NCBI GenBank assembly: GCA_002104945.1 | Contig: MCFH01000149.1 | Span: forward strand, 1 to 23,831 | DNA: 23,831 bases | Reading direction: 5' to 3' | Origin: Piromyces finnis finn | Taxonomy: Eukaryota; Fungi; Neocallimastigomycota | Shown: positions 1-7,920 of the stretch, in pieces | Layout: every line of letters begins with the position of its first letter | Numbering within the stretch: the first letter of the stretch is position 1 | Made by a program: the position numbers and the translations under genes | Notes under the pieces: model-generated | What the model was told of the DNA's origin: nothing | The model's input: the letters and a program-made list of their open reading frames with translations, nothing else | Database searches by the model: none

Positions 1-1
1 C

Positions 2-112
2 CCAGTCGTCATGATAAAAAGACTTGGAATAACATCTAAGATACTGTTCAATAAAAGAATTTGACCTCTCGACCTGTCCAACAGTTTCATGATGGTCAGT
101 AGTAGCTATTCT
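2..112 (-). pseudogene. Out-of-frame continuation of the integrase core (IATTDHHETVGQVERSNSFIEQYLRCYSKSFYHDDW)
   Basis: Manual translation of the -1 frame after the TAG at 106-108 matches the Gypsy IN segment ..GQxERxNxxxEQYLRCY..DW, which holds the catalytic Glu. Confidence 0.88.
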
Positions 113-3090
113 GGATGAATATATAATAAATCCAAAAATTCGAGCCAAACATCACTTGTGAATTGTGAGCCTCTATCAGTATATAGGTCATAAGGGAGAC
201 CATGTAGACGATATACATTGTTTAAAAAGGCTTTAGCAGTTTGTGCTGCATTTGGAACTTGTTTAAACGGAACTAGGTGAATCATTTTGGAAAAGCGGTC
301 AATCACTACCATAATAACGGTGTATCCTTTAGACTCAGGAAGGCCACAAAGAAAGTCAATTTCTATAGATTTCCATGGGCGTTCTGGAGTATCTAAGGGT
401 TGCAATTTTCCATACTTACGATGTCTAGTTACTTTATTTCTTGCGCATGTTTCACAAGAATTAACAAATTTAGTGACATCATCTTTAATTTTAGGCCACC
501 AAAAATTTCGAGTTATCAATTCTAAAGTTCTTTTTATACCAAGATGTCCAGCAGAGGGTTGTTCATGATATTTCATAAGAACATCTAAACGTAGTTTTTC
601 AGGAATATAAACTAAGTTGTTATATAGAATAAGATTATTTTTTAATTCAAACTTGTTCATTTTCCTAAATGGTTTATAAGCCTTTTGGTCATTATATGGG
701 CTGAAATATAACATAATATCCTTAGCGGTTTCATCGTCCTTTAAGTATTGAATAACTTGTTCCAAGAAGTTACTCATAATACCTATGAAACTTGGTATGA
801 GTTTTACATTTTTTGAGTCTAAAATAAATTCTGGCTTTACTTCATAAGTCTTATCCATGTAATCAGGTCTGCGAGATAGACTATCAGGTTTACCATTCTT
901 ACGACCTTGTCTGTATATAAGTTCAAAATCGTATTCTTGAAAGAAAAGGTGCCAGCGATGTTGTCTTTGATTACCTACCTTTCCTCCAAGAGTATAAAGT
1001 AAGTTTCTATGATCAGTGTAAACTTTTATTTTGTACTTAGCACCAAGAAGAAGGTGCCTCCAAGTAGAGAAAGAATCCTTAATGGCTAATAATTCTTTAT
1101 CTGTTATAGAATAGTTAACTTCAGAACTACTGAGACTTCTGGAATAGTAAGCAACAGGATGTAAACGATTTTCTGAATCATATTGAGATAGTATAGAACC
1201 AATAGCAACATTACTTGCATCACATTCTAAAATATATTGTTTTTGAGGATCAGGATGTGATAAAATAGGTGCGGAAGTTAAACGAGTTTTTAAAATGTTA
1301 AATGAGGATTCACATTCTGTAGACCACTTGAACTTTGCATTCTTTTTTGTTAAGTTGTGGAGGGGTTTAGCCAAGTCTGCAAAATTCATTACAAAGCGTC
1401 TATAATAGTTACAAAGACCTAAAAACCTTTGTACATCCTTAACTGTGGTAGGAGTAGGCCAATTTTTGATTGATTCTATCTTTTTTGGGTCGGTAGCAAT
1501 TCCTGAACCTGAAATAACATACCCTAAGAATTCAACTTGTGGTTTGTCGAATTCACATTTAGGAAGCTTAGCGTATAGATTATTTTCTAATAGTTTTGAA
1601 AGAACTTCACGTACATGTTGGTGGTGTTCTTCTAAGGTTTTTGAAAATATAAGAATATCATCCAAATAGAGAATAACAGATTTTTCTAAGAAAGGTCTGA
1701 GAACAGAATTTATAAATGCCTGGAAAGTAGCAGGAGCATTACGTAAACCAAATGGCATCACTAAATATTCATAGTGACCAAATTTTGTGCGAAAAGCAGT
1801 TTTATATTCGTCACCATTTCTTATTCTAACTAAATTATAAGCAGAGCGTAAGTCGAGCTTGGTGAAATAATTTGCACCTTTGACACGTTCTATAATGTCG
1901 GTAATAAGCGGTATTGGGTAGGAATTACGTATCGTTACAGAATTGAGTTTTTTATAATCAATACAAACTCTAAGAGTACCATCTTTCTTTTTCTGGAACA
2001 CCACTGGATATCCTGCGGGTGATTCGGATGGTCTAATAAAGCCTTTTTCTAAATTTTCCTTGATATACTCTTCTAAAACTTTTGATTCTTCTTCTGATAA
2101 AGGATAGATGGGACCATAATGAAGAGTAGCATCTTTTTCTAGTACTATTTTGCAATCTGTAATTCTATGTGGCGGTAGTTTATCAGCTTCTTGTTTGCTG
2201 AAAACTTTTGCCAAATCTCGATAGGGTTCTGGAATATCCTCAATAGTATGTTCTTCTAAATTGCTTACTTCTTCTGGTTTTTCGGACAAAAAAGTATGAA
2301 TTAAATAATTATAATTATATCCATCATAATTATTTTTATTTAATATAACTTTTTTAGAAAATTTGGAACGTTTAGCTTTGAATTTGTGGAATCGACCATT
2401 TTTCTTCTTCTTAAAGGTTTTGGATCTGAAATAAAAATTATGAATTTTATTTTTTAAATTATAAAAAGTAGCGGAATATTTTTTATCATTATTTGCACCT
2501 GTAGAAGTGGTAGGTGTAGTATTCTTATCATTTCTATTATAAGAAATGAATTTTTCTAAATTTAAAAACTTAGTAGCATGCTTCATATTGAATTTCTTTT
2601 TGTTAAAATCATATTTTAAATTTGAATATAAATATTTTTTATTATAATTATAATGAATTTCATATTTGGACATGAATATATTTCCAAATAATAAATCTGT
2701 CGGAATATAATCCGCAAGTAAAAATTTTTCTTTGAAATTGATGAAATGAAATTTATTGTTGATAAATAGTTTTAACTGGAAGTTTAGGTTGATATATTCA
2801 TCAAGTTCAATTGAAGTACCACTGATACCTTGTACAGTGATAACATTATTCATTTTGTGAGAATGTAATTGTAATGTACGTAATAGTTTGTACGACATAA
2901 AATTACAATAAGATCCACTATCTAATAGTGATGTACATATAGTTTTATTATGTATTTTATTTGTACCTCCATTATTGGATAATATATATGTATTAAAAGT
3001 AAAGAATGTTGAAGGTAACGTATTATCTTTATTGATAGTGGGAAAAGTATAGTTTAATATTTTTATATTCGAGTGGTGATGGGACTTCAA
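106..3090 (-). CDS. pol: Pol polyprotein: aspartic protease, reverse transcriptase, RNase H, integrase (C-terminus frameshifted); frame is open back to 3117
   Basis: PR LLDSGS (DSG 2914-2922); RT YLDD (1657-1668), LRVCIDY and VMPFGL; RH CDAS and YTDHRNL; IN H-H-C-C (YHEQPSAGH...CETC), IEIDF and TDRGSQF. Confidence 0.95.
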   Translation of the reverse strand: MKSHHHSNIKILNYTFPTINKDNTLPSTFFTFNTYILSNNGGTNKIHNKTICTSLLDSGSYCNFMSYKLLRTLQLHSHKMNNVITVQGISGTSIELDEYINLNFQLKLFINNKFHFINFKEKFLLADYIPTDLLFGNIFMSKYEIHYNYNKKYLYSNLKYDFNKKKFNMKHATKFLNLEKFISYNRNDKNTTPTTSTGANNDKKYSATFYNLKNKIHNFYFRSKTFKKKKNGRFHKFKAKRSKFSKKVILNKNNYDGYNYNYLIHTFLSEKPEEVSNLEEHTIEDIPEPYRDLAKVFSKQEADKLPPHRITDCKIVLEKDATLHYGPIYPLSEEESKVLEEYIKENLEKGFIRPSESPAGYPVVFQKKKDGTLRVCIDYKKLNSVTIRNSYPIPLITDIIERVKGANYFTKLDLRSAYNLVRIRNGDEYKTAFRTKFGHYEYLVMPFGLRNAPATFQAFINSVLRPFLEKSVILYLDDILIFSKTLEEHHQHVREVLSKLLENNLYAKLPKCEFDKPQVEFLGYVISGSGIATDPKKIESIKNWPTPTTVKDVQRFLGLCNYYRRFVMNFADLAKPLHNLTKKNAKFKWSTECESSFNILKTRLTSAPILSHPDPQKQYILECDASNVAIGSILSQYDSENRLHPVAYYSRSLSSSEVNYSITDKELLAIKDSFSTWRHLLLGAKYKIKVYTDHRNLLYTLGGKVGNQRQHRWHLFFQEYDFELIYRQGRKNGKPDSLSRRPDYMDKTYEVKPEFILDSKNVKLIPSFIGIMSNFLEQVIQYLKDDETAKDIMLYFSPYNDQKAYKPFRKMNKFELKNNLILYNNLVYIPEKLRLDVLMKYHEQPSAGHLGIKRTLELITRNFWWPKIKDDVTKFVNSCETCARNKVTRHRKYGKLQPLDTPERPWKSIEIDFLCGLPESKGYTVIMVVIDRFSKMIHLVPFKQVPNAAQTAKAFLNNVYRLHGLPYDLYTDRGSQFTSDVWLEFLDLLYIHPE

Positions 3091-3114
3091 TGGAAGTCCT
3101 TTATTTAGTTTTTT
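3082..3114 (-). promoter_or_regulatory. -1 programmed ribosomal frameshift signal between gag and pol
   Basis: Slippery heptamer A AAA AAC (3114-3108) directly before the gag TAA, an 8-nt spacer, then hairpin GGACTTC-CATT-GAAGTCC (3099-3082). The pol frame opens only after a TAG at 3118-3120. Confidence 0.85.
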
Positions 3115-4136
3115 GAACTAATTTTTTGAGCCTTATAATTGTTGTTATAGTAATTATTATTATGTTTTTGGAAGTTATTGCTATTGTTATTGTTATTGTT
3201 ATTGTTGTTGTATGGTCTGTGGTGGTTGAAATGTGAATTTCTTTTCTTGTTAGATTTGGAACTGGAAGACTGGGTAATCTTATTCTTTGTAGAAAGAGAA
3301 CTTTCAATCAAAATACATCTAGTTATAATGGACTCCATAGTGGTTGGAAATACCTCCATCTTTTCAATTTCTTCCTGATATTTTGGATGTAACCCATTGT
3401 AAAAGATTAAAGATAATGCTTCTTCATTCCATTTAAATTGTTGTGAAAGAGAGCGGAATTCTTCGATATAATCATTTATTTTACCATATTGTTGTTTTAA
3501 ACGAATTATTTTGATTTTAGCTATCTTGTAACTAGCAACATTGGAGAAAGCAATTCTTAATCCATCCAATAATTCTTGCATGGTAGCTGGATAAATATTA
3601 TCCTTGTACTTGGCAAGATACCAATTTCTAGCAGCATCACGAAGACGGGATTGTACAAAATTAATTTTTGTTTCTTCTGGTAAAGATCGATTTGGTAGAG
3701 TTTTAAAAGTATCTTCACATAATTGACAAAATAGATCGGTCTCACTAGTCTTACCGGAAAACATACCTGGATCTGGGACTTGAGTAATTGGAGTAGCAAA
3801 ACGACCTCTCATGATAACATCATGATCTAAGTCAAATCTTGTTGAAGTAGATTCATCATCTCTAAAGGCAGTAGGTCTTGGAGTAGCTATCCTATCATAG
3901 TTGGTATGTAACAATGGATGTTCATCTTCATTCTGAGTAACTTGACTATTATTCATACTGGTTAATACTCCCATGATTTCATTTAAACGATTGTTCACAT
4001 CATTGGAAAAATTTTGAAAATCTTCACGGAAAACCAAATTTTCATTGATACCCTCAATGATATATTTGGCAGTCTGAGTAGCATCCTCTCTAAGTTGGTT
4101 TACCTCGTCTGGGAAGTTAGGAACTGGAGTGAACAT
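3105..4136 (-). CDS. gag: Gag (capsid-like Retrotrans_gag type), 343 aa, Asn/His-rich C-terminus, no CCHC knuckle
   Basis: Intact ORF directly upstream of pol, with VPDPGMFSGK..., RLRDAARNWY, INDYIEEFRSL and FYNGL motifs typical of Gypsy gag. Confidence 0.9.
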   Translation of the reverse strand: MFTPVPNFPDEVNQLREDATQTAKYIIEGINENLVFREDFQNFSNDVNNRLNEIMGVLTSMNNSQVTQNEDEHPLLHTNYDRIATPRPTAFRDDESTSTRFDLDHDVIMRGRFATPITQVPDPGMFSGKTSETDLFCQLCEDTFKTLPNRSLPEETKINFVQSRLRDAARNWYLAKYKDNIYPATMQELLDGLRIAFSNVASYKIAKIKIIRLKQQYGKINDYIEEFRSLSQQFKWNEEALSLIFYNGLHPKYQEEIEKMEVFPTTMESIITRCILIESSLSTKNKITQSSSSKSNKKRNSHFNHHRPYNNNNNNNNNSNNFQKHNNNYYNNNYKAQKISSKN

Positions 4137-4210
4137 TCTAAAGTAGCCACTAAACAGCGGGTAAAGATTATTGTTAAGTTTTTGGATTTGGTTATGCGGC
4201 CAGGTCAGAA

Positions 4211-4548
4211 TGTTATCAATTATATAGTAGATATGTTTTTTAAGAAATTAAATTTAAATATAAAATAACCCTTTAAACTTCCAAATGAGAAATTAATATT
4301 TATTCTTTAGAATAACTTTTTTTATAAAATTTTATTTATTTATTAATAATAATATAAATGATAATATATTTAATAACTATATAATTAAGATTATAACTAT
4401 AATCTTTACAAAGAATTAAAATCGAATTCAATTCATTCTATTTTATATTCTTTTTTCAGATTATTAAATTGATGAAAATAAAGTATTACATGTAATATGT
4501 TAATAATATAATAAGATTGTTTGTTTGTCTGTTTGTTTTGTCATGACA
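4211..4548 (-). repeat. Possible 5' LTR of the Gypsy element (TGTCAT...ATAACA on the minus strand)
   Basis: TG...CA ends with a 5/6 inverted match, ending ~75 nt upstream of the gag ATG. The partner LTR is outside the window, so this is unverified. Confidence 0.25.
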
Positions 4549-4819
4549 TAAAATAAAATAAACATATGATTAATCATTTAAACACTTGATCCATTAACCT
4601 ATTTTATAATAATTAAAATTATTTAATTTATAAATGTTAACTGTTACACCTAAATGGTTTAGTTCTATTTTTAGTAACAGTCACTATCATTAATTAAATT
4701 AATATAATTAGAATTTCTATTGATATCTTTTTAATTTTCGTCAAGTCATAAGAAATGTCTATGATCCATACTTGATATCATATTAATTTTAATTTACTTA
4801 TTAAAATCTTCAAATGATC

Positions 4820-5030
4820 ATATCTTCCTTAAATGACCAGTTAGAAGGACCGCGATTGTACCAAAATGTAGCTTTTTCCTTAAGCTTTCTAATAAACCTG
4901 GTTTCATAGCCGTAGCACTTACAGCCGTAGCGATCGTTTTTGGCGAGTTACACCTTGTTTCGTGTTTGTTTATTTTTGGTTAAGGGTTATAGTGTATTGA
5001 TATTAAATTTTTTGAAATCATAACCCTTTC
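4820..5030 (-). other. Spaced-motif island C (candidate non-autonomous element end)
   Basis: GAAAGGGTTA..30 bp..TAACCCTT, GTAACTC at +36, TTAGAAAG at +95, AAGATAT 66 nt further on; same layout as islands at 7747 and 18366. Confidence 0.45.
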
Positions 5031-5166
5031 ACTGAATCAAAATTTAAAAGGTGACTTTTAAAGGTGTTTTAAAATAATTATTGGGATTATTTAATTCTAA
5101 TTATTATGTTTAATTAATTATAGATATTATCTGAATTTGTTTTAAATCCAGTTAATATCTTCACAA

Positions 5167-5205
<39 letters not shown>
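5167..5205. repeat. (TAT)13 microsatellite followed by a 9-bp palindrome; this unit recurs at 10411-10457
   Basis: Direct reading; shared flank ATAAATTCATAATTTATAAA. Confidence 0.9.
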
Positions 5206-5206
<1 letters not shown>

Positions 5207-5734
5207 AATTCATAATTTATAAAATTTGTAAAAGGTTTATTATAATATTAGTTAATAGGTTATTAAATTAGTTAATTAAGTTAGTTATTACCTCTCTATA
5301 CGAGTTAATAACTAAATAAAGTTTTATAAAAAATAATAAAAGAAGGAAAATAAATATTATAACACTAAAATAAATATAAACACTTATATAAATATTTTAT
5401 GAAATAACTTTTACTTAAATAATTATATTTTAATTATATCTTTTATTTATTAATTATAATTATCTACATTAATTATTATTATAGTTATTAATTTACTTTA
5501 ATACTAACGCTAAAGTATTTAACGTTAGTTTTGACTATACTATTTAACTATATGAGTTTATTTTCTTTACCACTTGATTGGGTAAAGCAAATAAACTTCC
5601 TATTTAATTAATAACCATTAATATATGGTTATGCATATATTTGGCCAATAAATGGTGACCAGAATATATGGTTTCAATTGAAATATTTGTGGGCAAACTT
5701 ATGGCCACAAATATTTCTTACAAAATTCAACAAA

Positions 5735-5806
5735 GGAGGGTTGGCGCAACGGTAGCGCGTCCGCCTCCAGAGCGGAAGGTTGGGTGTTCGAATCACTCAC
5801 TCTCCA
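5735..5806 (+). tRNA. tRNA-Trp (anticodon CCA), intron-less
   Basis: Full cloverleaf: GGAGGGT/ACTCTCC acceptor stem, GCGC D stem, TCCGC/GCGGA anticodon stem with loop CT-CCA-GA, GGGTG-TTCGAAT-CACTC T arm, followed by a T-run Pol III terminator. Confidence 0.97.
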
Positions 5807-5907
5807 TTTTTATATATTTTTCGTTTAATCTTTTTGAGTATTTGTAATGACTTGATTTATACAATTGTATTCAATAGCAAAAAATAACAATAAAAAATAG
5901 AAATAAA

Positions 5908-5940
<33 letters not shown>

Positions 5941-6800
5941 GCATTTATGTAAACATAAATTTTATTAGTAATAATCGAATTTCTTAAAATTACATGTATC
6001 CATCTTAAATAAAAATAAAAGTAGGATGTAAAATTTTTATGACACAAGTTTAAATAGATCGAAAAAAGTAGAATTTGAATGATATGTTTTTATTTACTCA
6101 TTCTATAAGTTTTATATTGTTAAATTTAAAAATTTAAAAACATTTCATTTTATAGCATTAATTATTAGTTTTAATTAATATAATGCGTCTTGCTATATAT
6201 TAAAAAATATATTAATTTATTACTTTCATATAATTTTCGTGAGTTTTTAAAATAATATTTTCTATTTATACATTTATTTATAGGCAAAAGTTGTTTATAT
6301 TCTACATTTTTAAAATTTAATTAAATATTTATTTACTATTTTAATTTTATATTAGATTCATTAAAAAATTTTCATAATATTTTATTATGATTATTATTTT
6401 TGTTGTCAGTAATGATTATTTATATCATTGAGTATAAATCAATCTTTTAATCGTGACATTTTATTAATAAATACCCAAAATTTTTAGTATTTTTATAATA
6501 ATAGTTATAATATTATATATAACACATATAAATAATATTTGTATAATAAGTTTATTTATTATTTTATATTTATTATTATTATTTATTTATTAATATTAAT
6601 AATTATTGATATTTATTATTCACATAATACAAGTATATAATAATATCTTTTCTTATCCATTGAATAGAGTTACATTTTAATTATTGTAAAATTATATTTT
6701 TCATATAATTAATTTAATTAATAAATAAAGATTAAATAATGAATATTTTTATAATTAATTAATAGTAAACAAAAAATAAATTATTAACACAAAACAAAAA

Positions 6801-6872
6801 TGGAGAGTGAGTGATTCGAACACCCAACCTTCCGCTCTGGAGGCGGACGCGCTACCGTTGCGCCAACCCTCC
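6801..6872 (-). tRNA. tRNA-Trp (anticodon CCA), identical second copy
   Basis: Exact reverse complement of 5735-5806, followed by TTTTT on the minus strand. Confidence 0.97.
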
Positions 6873-6928
6873 TTTCTTGAAATTTGTCAAAAAGCGATTT
6901 TTTATTAAAGAAAAGTGTGGTAAGCACA

Positions 6929-7511
6929 CTAGTTATATTAATTAATAAATATAATACGCTTTCCTATTGAAGGCGTAAAGCTAATAATATTTATATAAAG
7001 AAATTTAAATAATATTTTTATTTTAGCAATAACTTAATATCAGCATATATTAAGTTATTAAAAATATTAAAATTTTTAAAGTTTTAGGTTTTATAGGAGT
7101 TTATAAATTTTATTAACTTTAGGTTAAAAAATTACTAACGCTAAAGCTTCGTAATTTTTGTCAATTTTTGTTCTTTTTATACATGAACAATTTTAATTAT
7201 TACATTTTTTAATTTTAATTAATTATTGTCTAATTATAAAATATTTAATTTTTATAAATTAATAATTAATATAATTATTGTAAATAGTTAATAAATTTAA
7301 AATAAAATTTTTAATAATAAAATTTTAATAATTTTAAAAATTTAATAATTTCAAATATTAGAAATTTTATACTTTGAAATTTTTTAATAAAAATTTAAAA
7401 AATAAATTTTTTCAAATTTTCAAATTTTCAAATTTTAAAAAAATTTTTAATTTTTTCCATGTGTCCAAATTTTTTAAATTTTTATATATGTTATTGTGAC
7501 AAAATTTTTGA
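6929..7511 (-). mobile_element. Interspersed repeat copy 1; candidate non-autonomous Helitron
   Basis: Homologous (inverted) to 10892-11423. On the minus strand it starts A|TC, has a 9-bp GC-rich hairpin (6955-6977) and ends CTAG|T; no TSD. Confidence 0.5.
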
Positions 7512-7694
7512 TAAAGAATGAAATTTATAAATAGTGAATTAATAGAATAGCTGATTTTAATGTCACGAATACTAGTGAAATTACAATTTCAAGATCACTT
7601 GGAATTGTGAAATCACTTATGAAAATTCAAAATCAACAAATATTTTATTTTCAAATAAATTATAAAATTTTATTAAGAAATATTTAAAAATTTA

Positions 7695-7920
7695 GAAAAG
7701 GTTAAAATATGACCTTAACCCTTAATAATTTTTATAATAAATAACTTTAACCCTTATCGTTAAAATGGAATAAGAAAAAACACGCGTATCTCCTCAACGA
7801 ATGACGATTTTTGAATAATAATATTTTGGTTATAATTACGTTCGTTAGAAAGCCACGCTCGAGACAAACAACATATCTTAAAATCAGGTCAATATCTCTG
7901 CTGGTTCACGAGATATTCCA
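7695..7920 (+). other. Spaced-motif island A
   Basis: TTAACCCTT (7747), GTATCTC at +36, TTAGAAAG (7845), GAGATAT (7910); upstream GAAAAGGTTAA inverted half. Confidence 0.45.

Larger units (their letters stand above)
1..4218 (-). mobile_element. Ty3/Gypsy (Tf1/sushi-like) LTR retrotransposon, internal region; 3' part continues beyond the left window edge
   Basis: gag ORF followed by a pol ORF with PR-RT-RH-IN domain order, which is diagnostic of Ty3/Gypsy. Confidence 0.95.

Noticed and set aside
287-1669. Plus-strand ORFs 287-568 and 1445-1669
   Set aside because: Antisense shadows of the pol frame with no independent motifs
3101-4268. Short ORFs 3101-3307, 3178-3378, 3557-3799 and 4014-4268
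   Set aside because: Alternative-frame or antisense products of gag and its (AAT/AAC)n tract
5760-5776. Possible UGA-reading tRNA-Trp variant with a shortened 4-bp anticodon stem
   Set aside because: The anticodon stem is a full 5 bp (TCCGC/GCGGA) and the anticodon is standard CCA
7715-7755. TAACCC/GGGTTA motifs as telomeric repeats
   Set aside because: Single or paired occurrences in inverted arrangement, not tandem TTAGGG arrays
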